Below are positions 47,468 through 56,943 of a stretch of DNA of 64,000 bases, one piece after another. A model generated the notes under the pieces. The model was not told the DNA's origin. It saw only the letters and a program-made list of their open reading frames with translations, and searched no databases. The stretch is from assembly GCA_048128005.1 (NCBI GenBank), contig JBEUKZ010000070.1, positions 62,001 to 126,000 on the forward strand. The letters run 5' to 3'. Position numbers and translations under genes: made by a program. This stretch comes from Veleropilina oligotropha. Lineage: Eukaryota. The first letter of the stretch is position 1. Every line of letters begins with the position of its first letter.

Positions 47468-47929
47468 TTAGGCGAGCTTGTAGGCTACCAACCCGGTCGC
47501 AGCCATCCCCAGGATCACGAAGGTGATCTCACGTCCCTTCTGGCCATCACTAGGCGTGTAGTAGTCAGACAGCTGGGGCTCAGGGCCACCTCCCACAGCG
47601 GTGGGGTCAAGGTTCTTGCCGGTGATCAATGCATACTCACGGATAGCGGCGTCAACATCTCGGAATGTCCCAACGGCGTGACCCTGGCGGCGAAGTTCAA
47701 TGTTCAGCCAGTCGAGACGCTCTGCCCTCTTTTGGGACCATTTAGTCTGAGCGGCGTTGAGCTGCTCTACAGCTATGTCGTGGCGTTTACGCTCCGCATC
47801 AACACCGGAGCTGCGTAGCTTCGAGAAGAGGAAGTTGGAGCCGCTGAAGGCGAGGGCGTTGACGAGAGCGCCCCCAACCAGCATCGCAATGGAAGCCATT
47901 GAAATGCTGCGATTATCTAGCAAGGTCAC
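47468..47929 (-). CDS. Hypothetical protein with N- and C-terminal hydrophobic segments and a central coiled coil; likely start MASIA
   Basis: Packed head-to-tail with neighbours; MASIAMLVGGALVNALAF and ITFVILGMAATGLVAYKL are hydrophobic. Confidence 0.7.
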   Translation of the reverse strand: MTLLDNRSISMASIAMLVGGALVNALAFSGSNFLFSKLRSSGVDAERKRHDIAVEQLNAAQTKWSQKRAERLDWLNIELRRQGHAVGTFRDVDAAIREYALITGKNLDPTAVGGGPEPQLSDYYTPSDGQKGREITFVILGMAATGLVAYKLA

Positions 47930-47930
47930 A

Positions 47931-48170
47931 CTACTTCAAAACGTCGGCCGGAATGATGCCTTGCTTGATCAGCATATCTTTCGTCGCCATGGCGAGCGCT
48001 ATGTCGAGGACGACCATCCCAACATCGTAGCCCGTGAAGTCCAGCTTAGGACTGACACCCTTGAATACCATCTTGACCAGGCGTGCGTAGCCTATGGCGA
48101 GGCCGGACACGATAGCTGCGTGATAGACGGCGTTGCCGAGCATCTTTCCGTCAGTAATCGGGGTAGTCAT
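47931..48170 (-). CDS. Small hydrophobic hypothetical protein (79 aa)
   Basis: Clean ATG-to-stop ORF filling the gap in the - strand gene run; two hydrophobic helices. Confidence 0.65.
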   Translation of the reverse strand: MTTPITDGKMLGNAVYHAAIVSGLAIGYARLVKMVFKGVSPKLDFTGYDVGMVVLDIALAMATKDMLIKQGIIPADVLK

Positions 48171-48182
48171 GTTGTACTGAGA

Positions 48183-48740
48183 CTATCGCATATGGAACGG
48201 GTTGTGCTCATTCTTCAATTCGGTGGTGGCCCTCGAGGGGGTGGGCTGCCTCGCCTGTGCTAGTGGCTGTTGATGTGGTATGGATGGACCAGGGTTGCTG
48301 CGTCTCCAGACAACAAATACCAATGCAACCGTACCGGCAGCAACGGCTACCTGGGTCCAATTAAATGGGTCCGATTTCCGTGTAGCTGACTGTCCAGCTT
48401 TTTCGACCGCGGTCACCGCGGGGGGGGCACCACTGTGTTTTTGTTGGGGCTGTGCCTCCGGTAGGTCTGAAGGAACTTCGCTGGCGGATACTTGTCGAGC
48501 GTTTTCTTTGAGTCTTCTAACGTCGGCAAGGAGCCTCTCCTGCTTGGCTTTCCGAGCCGCAGCACCGGCCCGGCCTGCTGCGACCTTCTTCGGGTCCTTT
48601 TTAGGGTCCTTGTTACTCACTGATGAGTCCGTCGAAGAAGTCACCCTCTCTATCGGCTGGCTCTCGATCATTTGGTCCACTTCCTGCGTTGTCATCTTGA
48701 TCTCGCTCTCGCGATATTTTAGGCGGGCAAACATGTCCAA
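48183..48740 (-). CDS. Hypothetical protein with basic KDPKKVAAGRAGAAARKAK segment and a TM helix
   Basis: TM-like VAVAAGTVALVFVVW followed by RR; likely start MTTQE. Confidence 0.65.
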   Translation of the reverse strand: MDMFARLKYRESEIKMTTQEVDQMIESQPIERVTSSTDSSVSNKDPKKDPKKVAAGRAGAAARKAKQERLLADVRRLKENARQVSASEVPSDLPEAQPQQKHSGAPPAVTAVEKAGQSATRKSDPFNWTQVAVAAGTVALVFVVWRRSNPGPSIPHQQPLAQARQPTPSRATTELKNEHNPFHMR

Positions 48741-49329
48741 ATTGGCAGTGCTTAGCCGTGGTCAGCGCTGCGGTCAGCGGTGCGAGGTACATGCCATATT
48801 TATAATACAGCTCACAGCTTGCAGTGCTCAGGGCATGTGAGATGAAAGGGTCGGCCTCGAGGTCAGCGACCAGTCGTAGCTGGTTCTCCGGCGGAATGGG
48901 CAAGAACATCCCAGCTGCACCCGCATACAGCTGTATAGCGGCAGTCCTGAGGGTCTTCGTCATGTCAGCACCGAGCTTGGCTTCATACCGTGCATGGTGT
49001 TTCTCAACCTCGTCGTCTGTGAGGTTGCGCCCCATGTATCGGTGGGCCTGTCCTCCAACGGCTAATGCTGCAAGCCTCTCCCGTTTCTTTGCTACGCCAG
49101 TTTCAGGTTCCTCGCCACGTTCGGTCGTCGAGCGGGGTGGGGGGCCCTGGCAGACGGTCGTTTCTTCCTCGTCATCCATGAGTTGATCGATGAGGCTGTC
49201 CATCCTTAAGCGTTTCCAACATCTCCTCGCCAGTCTAATATAGCGATAATGCCAATACCACAATGTTACGAGTAGCAGCAACGTCAGGCTTTGGCTGCAA
49301 GCAAAAGCTATGTATACAGCGTCCGACAT
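48613..49329 (-). CDS. Hypothetical protein with N-terminal TM segment
   Basis: 238-aa ORF, LTLLLLVTLWYWHY anchor; lies in the - strand run after the ATPase. Confidence 0.6.
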   Translation of the reverse strand: MSDAVYIAFACSQSLTLLLLVTLWYWHYRYIRLARRCWKRLRMDSLIDQLMDDEEETTVCQGPPPRSTTERGEEPETGVAKKRERLAALAVGGQAHRYMGRNLTDDEVEKHHARYEAKLGADMTKTLRTAAIQLYAGAAGMFLPIPPENQLRLVADLEADPFISHALSTASCELYYKYGMYLAPLTAALTTAKHCQFGHVCPPKISRERDQDDNAGSGPNDREPADREGDFFDGLISE

Positions 49330-49382
49330 GCCTAGCTAGCTAAGTAGCTGCTAAGTAGATGTTAGGGCTAGCCAAGTAGCTG

Positions 49383-50019
49383 CTATAGCACACTATAAGC
49401 AACGGGCTGATCAGTCTTTAACAACAGCTTAGCGTGTCTGGTCTCGGCCAACAGAGCCCGTACCGCGGTCCGTTCATCCTGCGATGAGATAACATCGTTT
49501 TCGCGCAGACAGTCGTCGAAACTGTCGCGGTCCTTGCAATGGAACAGCGCGACCCAGCGGGTCTGCTCTCTGAGCTCCTTCAAGACTGCGTTGTACTTTT
49601 GCGTCACCACCCATACGCTTTGTTCGGCATGCCTGCCGCTGAAGGCCAACAAAGTCAGCATGTCCCGTTTTTTGGCGAGGGCTTTGCTGGCGGCGCAGTC
49701 GTCGATTATGTACAGAGTCGACTCCCCCTGAAACAGCTGGTAGAACCCCCGCAACCAGTCATGGAGTCGCTCACCGGGGGGGATCAAGTACACCTCAGGG
49801 TCAGTCCAGATCCATGGACAGGACTGGTATGCTTTGTTGTACTTGATCGTGGGGCAGAGGATCACAATATGTCGGAACACTCCTAGGTACTCCCCCTCGA
49901 GAAGTTCAAGTATGAAAACCGTCTTCCCGCAGCCGGTCTGGCCACAGATGATCGCGGAGTGGGGGATCCTTGGGGTGGGGGAACCGTCTTTTAGTACAGC
50001 GCGGTGACAAATCGGCCAT
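49383..50019 (-). pseudogene. A32/FtsK-like packaging ATPase, probable +1 frameshift near the N-terminus
   Basis: Walker A IICGQTGCGKT (upstream of the ORF-track start, same frame), Walker B YIIDD, SGRH and VVTQ motifs. The only nearby ATG (50019) is out of frame by one base, restorable at the G5 run 49961-49965. Confidence 0.85.
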
Positions 50020-51295
50020 CCTGAATATGCAGTTGCGCATCCATTATCACGAACACGTAGACGTTCAACGGGCCGGCTGCTTCACCCGTCTTAGTTATCT
50101 GGATGGTGATGCCCTCGCTGGCGTTATCTACTTTCCGGCCTGACCCATGCAGCTCGTCGTCGTCAGTTACCCGGAGATCTATCAATAAGGCGAACTTCTT
50201 AGTCAGAAACTCGCCCAGGGTGACGTCCGCCAATTCCAAATCCTTGGCAACCAACGCGACCTCAGGATGGCGCTTGCTGCTTGGGGAGGAGGCGAAGAAT
50301 CTCCTGGCTTCGTCCCACATCTGGTAGGAACGCATGCCCTGGCTGTATATTTGATTTGGAACGCCCTCAATGGTGACCTCGACCTTCGTGATCTTCGGAT
50401 TGTAGAAGGCCTCGGTGTCCCTCGCGAATGGTGCGGCGTCTCTCGCGGGATCCTCAAACAGCAGTAGGATTCCCTTCATGGATTTCGCCGGTACATTCAA
50501 ATTTAAATTCCACAAAGTGTCACTCTTGTCTCTCGTGATCTTACGATGCCGCAGGACACGATCGTACAGGATAGTGAGGCGGCCCGAGTATTGGTTTTGT
50601 ATCAATCTGGCAAGCTCAAGATTAGTGACCATGTCGTATTCCAGGCTGATATTGTCGATGACGTAGCTGGAGCTGGGGTCATCGGTGTCCCTGATCGTCC
50701 TTTAGTGGTCGTTGAAGGTGAGCTCATACTCAAGACGGTCCCCCAACGCACTCTGGTAGAACGGCATGTGGCTCTCCAGCAACTCGAAGTCCAGCGGGAT
50801 GCGGAACCTCGGACCGTACGCGTCCGATATAGCTGTGTCCTCAGAACGTCTGAATGCGCCCTCAGCGCCGACACGGTTCTTCGTAGTGTTGTGTCCATCG
50901 CTGGTATCAATACCCTGATATTGGGCATTCGTGCGCTCCCCTGCGGTTTTCCAGAGATCGCAGTAGCAGTGGTACACGTCGGAGTCATCTATAGACATGA
51001 CTTCGTTCCCACTGATCTTTATCGTGGTCTTTTTGATCACGGCGCGTCCGATGTTCTGAACTACAGTCCTGTTCGGGTTAGCCGAGGTCAGAGCAATGGT
51101 GAATGCGAGGTGGGCAGTCCCTGGCACGATAACGTCGTGAGTCCCGAGGTTGGGAAACCGAACCAACAGCTGCTGGTTCGCAGCAATAGTGGATGGGTTG
51201 TTCGTTATCGTGACCGACTGCCGGATACCCTTGACCCCGAGGGGCTCTCGAAGTCTGCGGTATGGATCCAACGTGCGTCCGTACGTGCTGGACAT
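49991..51295 (-). pseudogene. Major capsid protein-like gene (~434 codons) with one in-frame stop
   Basis: The two ORF-track pieces are in one frame: ...ELTFNDH*RTIRDTDD...NISLEYDMV (TAA 50702-50704). Beta-rich, size and position next to the ATPase fit a double-jelly-roll MCP. Fold not verified. Confidence 0.75.
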
Positions 51296-51338
51296 GTTGT
51301 TGTCTGAATCAGATGCGTACCCCGGTGGTTGTATTCAA

Positions 51339-52598
51339 ATGGCGGAATTTGAGAACCCCACATTCGAGCCCGACATCATCGACGATGATGGTGAGGTTGG
51401 ATCCACGGACTGGATTGTGGCGGCGCCACAGGAAGGAACCAGCGGTCTGCGGCAAGAGCTTGTTCAAACAGCGGTTGATGACTACTACAACGCCCTGTCC
51501 AAAGAGGGGCAAACCCCTGCCGCGGGGCGTGATTACTCCAGGTTCGATTACGTGGACGGGCGACTGCAGATGAAAGCCTGGCCCCACATCGATCTCATCA
51601 ATTCTAGCACCGGTAAACCCATGGCTTTGGCAACCATAGCTGGCCAGCGTAAGGGGGGTAGTGCCATCAGAGATGGGTTGGGCTTCGTACACTGGAAGCG
51701 GGGGGGACAAAAGCTGCCCTCAAAAGCGGTTGCGGCATTTCAGACCGCAGACAACGAGTTGAGCGGTGCAGCGGCCAATGTCGAAAACGTAGAACTGCGG
51801 GACTTGGGGCAGACTGCTACTGATGCCTCGGTAGCAATCCACACGATGGAGACGGAATTCACTGATACCGAGGTTGAAGAGATCTTAGGCACAATGGGGG
51901 ACCCTCCATTCAATCTTCGTGAGCTTCGTGGGCTGGACAAGGCGATGAAGACCATTCGAGGCGAGCTCACTAACAACCTGGCCAAACTAACGGCGCTGGA
52001 CGAACACATAGAGCTGGAGAAGAGCAAGCTCGATCGGGCCGATGAAGAGGGCGGTGTCGAGGACTTCGTTCGTCGACGGATCGCGGAACGTCTTCGCAAC
52101 TTACAGGATGAACGAGAAGCCAGACTAGAGGCAGCCTCATCAAGCCGGGAGGCCCTACGCTCTCAAATCAGCCGGATCCAAGAGATGCTGAGTCGGATAC
52201 TCCACACAGACACCACGCTGGCCGAGCGTGTCCGGACCCTATTTCGCGAGCAGGGGGTTACGATCGCAACAATACTGACCGCGATCGGGTTGGCCATCTC
52301 GACTTTGGTACTAGCCCTGACAGGCGGAGCGCCGAGCATCGCACCAACACCACCACCTCCCAGTGGTCAGGGGGGGGTCAAGGAGTGGGTCAAAAAGCAG
52401 CTGCAGAACCTGGGTCGGATTCTGGGCAAACTAGCAGGGAAGGCCGCAGCCGCACTCCCCGGAATACTTGGAAGCCTGGTCTCCTGGCTAATCAACCTGG
52501 TCGGCAAGACTGCGTCGTGGCTCGCTGAAAACCTGTGGGCACTGATTATATCTGTTGGGGGCTTGCTTCTTATTGCCGCTAGACAGTGGGTCACGTAA
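51339..52598 (+). CDS. Coiled-coil protein with several C-terminal hydrophobic/amphipathic helices
   Basis: Likely ATG 51339 (MAEFENP); long heptad region then GVTIATILTAIGLAISTLVLAL and LWALIISVGGLLLIAA. Confidence 0.75.
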   Translation: MAEFENPTFEPDIIDDDGEVGSTDWIVAAPQEGTSGLRQELVQTAVDDYYNALSKEGQTPAAGRDYSRFDYVDGRLQMKAWPHIDLINSSTGKPMALATIAGQRKGGSAIRDGLGFVHWKRGGQKLPSKAVAAFQTADNELSGAAANVENVELRDLGQTATDASVAIHTMETEFTDTEVEEILGTMGDPPFNLRELRGLDKAMKTIRGELTNNLAKLTALDEHIELEKSKLDRADEEGGVEDFVRRRIAERLRNLQDEREARLEAASSSREALRSQISRIQEMLSRILHTDTTLAERVRTLFREQGVTIATILTAIGLAISTLVLALTGGAPSIAPTPPPPSGQGGVKEWVKKQLQNLGRILGKLAGKAAAALPGILGSLVSWLINLVGKTASWLAENLWALIISVGGLLLIAARQWVT

Positions 52599-53880
52599 GC
52601 CAAACGAACGCTAGGCCAACGACGATGAGACCCACGATAAGTGCGGTTTTCTCCTCGTCATGTGACTGGGCAGCCCCGGCTCGAACAGCTGCCAGGGCCT
52701 CATCGTTTGGATGCTTCGGAGCATCTGCCCGTAAGACTGCGTCTTGTGGAATAACCAGTCCTGTTTCTCCAGTACCCCGTGCGGCGTTGAGCGGCACACT
52801 GGCCGCGTTGACCGTAGTATTAAGACCGAGTGTCTGGTTTTCCGTGGCGACGACGATCTCGTTGTTATAACCAGCCACCTGCCCGATCCGTAGAAGCATG
52901 TCACTTGGCGCCATGTACAGGCCAACGCCGAATACGAAGTCCACTTTGGACCTCGCATACTGGAGCACCTCTTGGTACCGTTTGATTGCTGCTGGTAGGT
53001 CAACGGGGGATGCGATGGCATCTTCCACGTTCGCCAGAAACTGTTTCTGTGCGTCAAACGCCGTACCGGTGCCGATAATGCCCGCACGCGTCTGCGCCTG
53101 CGCTCCAAGAATCGCCCAGACGTAGGTCCTGATGGAGTCATTGAGCCTTTCCACGCCGGCCCGGGTAAATCCCGCTGACTTGTCCAGAATAAACGAAGCC
53201 CAGCCGTTTGAAAGGCTAGGCGCTTGCGCGATGTAGTCCACGTGTAGATTCGAGTTGGTAGTCCCTTTTGTGAACGACATTCGGCTTGGGTCATACTCAC
53301 GTCCTATGGAGTGGTAGCCATTGTTCGTCCAGTAGCTGTAAGCCGTGCCTAGTCCGCCGTTGGGACCCTTGACACGCCAGTCGGTATGTGGTGACACTCC
53401 GAATTCGCTGCAGATCTTTTCATATGCCCTTCGGTCATACGGGGTGTCGAATGCATCCCACGTCACGTCTTGAGGCAGCGGGGCCTGAATCTCGGTCAAG
53501 ATCCTTCTGACCTGATAGTATACGTGGAAGGTGAATACAGCTCTGGCGAGGGCTGCAGTAGCATTCAAGTGGTCTTCTGAGGAGATCCCGGAACCTGTTG
53601 TAGCACACCATACGGCGAAGTTTACCTTGTTCTGCCAGAACCGCATCGGCATGCTGTTCCAATCCCGTATTAGCCGGTCACTCGCGACGTGAGGGAGGCG
53701 GTATTTTTGAAAGACGTCGGGGTAGTCTGCCCCGAAGGCAGGAGCTTCAGACGAGGAGACAACGACGCTTGGTTTTGTAAGCTGCTCATCGTTGATCCTT
53801 CCTAGGTACACCACACCGGTCGGATAGGCCGCACTCCCATTAAACGCAAAGGCACTCTTAGCCATAGCTATGTTCCACAC
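52591..53880 (-). CDS. Hypothetical ~425-aa protein with C-terminal TM anchor; likely start MAKS at 53865
   Basis: Long globular-looking ORF ending ALIVGLIVVGLAFVWLT. Confidence 0.75.
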   Translation of the reverse strand: MWNIAMAKSAFAFNGSAAYPTGVVYLGRINDEQLTKPSVVVSSSEAPAFGADYPDVFQKYRLPHVASDRLIRDWNSMPMRFWQNKVNFAVWCATTGSGISSEDHLNATAALARAVFTFHVYYQVRRILTEIQAPLPQDVTWDAFDTPYDRRAYEKICSEFGVSPHTDWRVKGPNGGLGTAYSYWTNNGYHSIGREYDPSRMSFTKGTTNSNLHVDYIAQAPSLSNGWASFILDKSAGFTRAGVERLNDSIRTYVWAILGAQAQTRAGIIGTGTAFDAQKQFLANVEDAIASPVDLPAAIKRYQEVLQYARSKVDFVFGVGLYMAPSDMLLRIGQVAGYNNEIVVATENQTLGLNTTVNAASVPLNAARGTGETGLVIPQDAVLRADAPKHPNDEALAAVRAGAAQSHDEEKTALIVGLIVVGLAFVWLT

Positions 53881-54567
53881 ATTAACGAGTGTTCAAGAGG
53901 GGACCGCGGTTCACCTCCTGCAACCGATAGATAACCGGGAAGGCAAACTATGCGTCGTCCTGCGCTCGTTCGACTACTGGGTCGGCTGGCATAACGTGCA
54001 CGCTGGAGCATTCTTTAAGACCCCGGATACCACGGTCGAGGTGGCACCGGGTTTCTACAGCTTCGCCAAGACAATGAAGAGGTCGCTAGTTAACATACAG
54101 CTAGATGTGAGCCGTGCTACTGGACTCGTGCGACTCGTGGTCCCCTCTGGGACTCAACTCGCGATCAGCGCCGATATACGGAAGCTCCTCGGCTTCACCC
54201 TTGCAGGGTGGTGGCTGCTTATGACTTATGACAAGAACAAGCCTGCAGATGAGCCGCAATGGCTACGCCCCGGGACGTATGACGGGAACAAGCCTGTCGG
54301 GTTTGCCATTGCAGCGACCCTACACGTTCACCTGGAGCAGCTCAGTACAACACACAATGTGAAGGACGGCGCCCCTAGCAATATTCTCGCGGTGGTCCCT
54401 ATAACGTCGCAGATGTTCGGTGAAGCTGCCCACTATCATAGCTATCCAGCCCTCCGGCGACTGCAGGCTGGACTAATCACAGAGTTGAAGTGTGGGTCAC
54501 AGACCCAGATGGTAACCCGCTCAACAATCACGGTATGCCTATGTCCGCAGTCCTTGCGATACAATGA
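53870..54567 (+). pseudogene. Minor capsid (penton)-like gene with a 1-nt deletion near 54489
   Basis: PGFYS, LLGF, LHVH...G.PS.ILAVVP pattern. The shifted frame continues VWVTDPDGNPLNNHGMPMSAVLAIQ*, whose TGA overlaps the next ATG (ATGA 54564-54567). Confidence 0.65.
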
Positions 54568-54938
54568 GTGCCAGCATCTATGGGACCCCACTCCCACCCC
54601 CACCCCTGCTTGCAGATGAGCCCTCTTCCCCAACCCGGTGGCACTTCGTTCTTAATTGTGGGGAAGCGCCCAAGAAGGGGCTGGCGAAGAGGGAGTTCAT
54701 GATCCCAAACGCTGGAGGTCGGTTTGGGTTAAACCCAGCCCTCCTAATGATCCACCTGACGCCGGTCCAGCCCGCCGGGGGCCCCAAAGCATGTTCCATA
54801 AGTAAGCTTGGCCTGAATTCGGACAGGTTGACCCTCGTCTTCATCATCAAGGCCCCGTGGGTGGGGACCATGTATTTGAACGTAACGGTAGACATGGGGA
54901 ATCAACAGGCTGAACAATACAGCCACGTAGTATTGTGA
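54564..54938 (+). CDS. Hypothetical protein (124 aa)
   Basis: Start and stop overlap both neighbours (ATGA and TGATG). Confidence 0.6.
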   Translation: MSASIYGTPLPPPPLLADEPSSPTRWHFVLNCGEAPKKGLAKREFMIPNAGGRFGLNPALLMIHLTPVQPAGGPKACSISKLGLNSDRLTLVFIIKAPWVGTMYLNVTVDMGNQQAEQYSHVVL

Positions 54939-55570
54939 TGGACAGCAAGCCATCAGCGCCAACGCTGTACCCACAGCTTGATGGCGATGTGCTTTCGGAA
55001 GTTCCGGAGGCACAGTCTTTCCGACTGCAAAAAGTGAATGAGCTTCAGGGACAGTTAGAACGAGAGAGAGACACAAGAGCTGCACTATATAAAAAATACC
55101 GCCGAGGTGTTAACGTCGTTGACGGGATAGATAATGGACTAGTCGTCGCCACCCTTGGTATGGGTAGCGCTGGAATTGGACTGTTGTCCACAATCGTTGC
55201 CGCACCCGTGGTCCTAGTGCTGGAATTAGCAGCATTGGGGTGTGGGCTCGCCAGCATGGGTGGAAAATACATTAGCCGCCGCCTTCAGGTGAAGGCTAAA
55301 AAACATGACGAGATTCGAGTCCTGGCCGACAGCAAGCTGAATACCATAACCGACCACGTCTCAAAGGCCTTAGCGGACGGGGTGATGTCTGATGATGAAT
55401 TCCAACTGGTCACAGGGGAGATGGAGAAATACCAAGCCATGAAGGCATCAATTCGGGATAAGAGTAGGAAGGCGCACACCGCGATTTCACAGACCCAGAG
55501 CGAGCTTATTGAGCGTGGTCGTTTAGAGGGTCGCGCAGAGCTGCTGAAAAAAATCGGAGCTGGCGACTAA
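54938..55570 (+). CDS. Hypothetical coiled-coil / hydrophobic hairpin / coiled-coil protein
   Basis: PSAP.LYPQL N-terminus; central LVVATLGMGSAGIGLLSTIVAAPVVLVLELAALGCGL. Confidence 0.75.
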   Translation: MDSKPSAPTLYPQLDGDVLSEVPEAQSFRLQKVNELQGQLERERDTRAALYKKYRRGVNVVDGIDNGLVVATLGMGSAGIGLLSTIVAAPVVLVLELAALGCGLASMGGKYISRRLQVKAKKHDEIRVLADSKLNTITDHVSKALADGVMSDDEFQLVTGEMEKYQAMKASIRDKSRKAHTAISQTQSELIERGRLEGRAELLKKIGAGD

Positions 55571-55655
55571 CTATCCAGGTTGAGCGTAGCCACGACTACC
55601 CCCCTCCCCCTCCCCCGTATTAAAGCTAGAAATCGACAGTGATATCTGGACAACC

Positions 55656-56078
55656 ATGAAATCCATGTTACTTCTGTGCATTGCCGCGGTGTGCTGGCTA
55701 GGGGGTGTCTCTACCCAGGCGTCGAGACACGACACTGCATTAATTCTGGAACATACGTGGGCTAGGTACCGAAATCATCCCAGGTATAACGCCCGATTTG
55801 ACCCCTTGCGAAGAAACCTGCTACTACGCCCGGGAGACCCCACCCCTGATGTCTCCCCACCCTCGTGCCACTACTTTATTATCGGAGAGAATGACTGTAG
55901 CCCTGCCACACCCCCAGATACTGTCACATGTGTCCAGTGTTCGACCCCCTCCCTATGTCCTGGCAAAAATGGGGAGTATTACACCATGCTGTCTGGCTGC
56001 TTCGGTGTGTGGAGAAAAATCGGACATCACTCACCCTGTAATTGTACTTTAACATCGGGCAACTATATATTTATATAA
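55656..56078 (+). CDS. Putative secreted Cys-rich protein
   Basis: Signal-peptide-like MKSMLLLCIAAVCWLGGVSTQA; eight Cys in the mature region. Confidence 0.6.
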   Translation: MKSMLLLCIAAVCWLGGVSTQASRHDTALILEHTWARYRNHPRYNARFDPLRRNLLLRPGDPTPDVSPPSCHYFIIGENDCSPATPPDTVTCVQCSTPSLCPGKNGEYYTMLSGCFGVWRKIGHHSPCNCTLTSGNYIFI

Positions 56079-56655
56079 AACAGCTGTGACCTTCTACATT
56101 TTTCAGCAGCTCTCGTCGACCCATTGTCCGATTTATGAATGAAATACCTCACATCAATGGTATTGTTGGATTAGGCGAATCGCATACTTTTCAGGTCGAT
56201 CCATTGTCCGATTTATGAATGAAATACCTCGCAGTGCCCATGATACCTTCACATCATGGTCACGTGTATTATTAGGCGAATCGCAAACAGAAATTTCATG
56301 CGACAGCTGCGAACTTCGCCGACGTTAGCCCAGTTAAAACTGGTTGGTCCCGACACATTATTCTGGTCCCCACACTTCCGTTTAGCACAGAAAAAACAAA
56401 TCGGTCCCCTTGTTTACGTGGTGGACAGTAATCTCGTCGACTCATCGTCACGTGGCAATAAGATTCTAGAATGATCAGAGATCTCAAGAAGTTATATATG
56501 GGATGAGTACGTGGAAATTCTATGTAAAGCTTCTAGAATGAACAGAGATCGTCAGAAGTTATATATAGGGGATGTGGTAATAAATTGATCTAGAAGGCTG
56601 TAGAACGCACAGAGAAACTATATAAGCTCTGCATAACGTCTCGAGTCACATACAG

Positions 56656-56943
56656 ATGGATAGCATTTCAACAGACCTACTTAGTTTGAGAATGGATCGA
56701 CAACGTGGTTTTGTAGAGAACTTTCTTCACGAAGAAGCCGCCGATAATCAGGTATCGAAAAATGCGACAAGACTGGAACTGACCCGAACAAAAAACCGTA
56801 GGGACAACATATATCAAAACATGAAAAAAACCAAGTGGAGAATGAAAAAGATGCTCGAAAAACTCCGTGAGCTTGAAATTGCCCATGATGCAGCAGCCGC
56901 AGATGTACGCAGGCTGCAAAACCTACTGAAGGACGACGAATAG
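56656..56943 (+). CDS. Small coiled-coil protein
   Basis: Heptad-rich 95 aa, preceded by ctatataag about 35 nt upstream of the ATG. Confidence 0.55.
   Translation: MDSISTDLLSLRMDRQRGFVENFLHEEAADNQVSKNATRLELTRTKNRRDNIYQNMKKTKWRMKKMLEKLRELEIAHDAAAADVRRLQNLLKDDE

Noticed and set aside
42351..47526. Antisense and nested ORFs inside the replicase and integrase genes, and the 96-aa ORF 47136-47426
   Set aside because: Shadow frames. The 96-aa ORF fits the gene spacing but has no motif support, so it is left uncalled.
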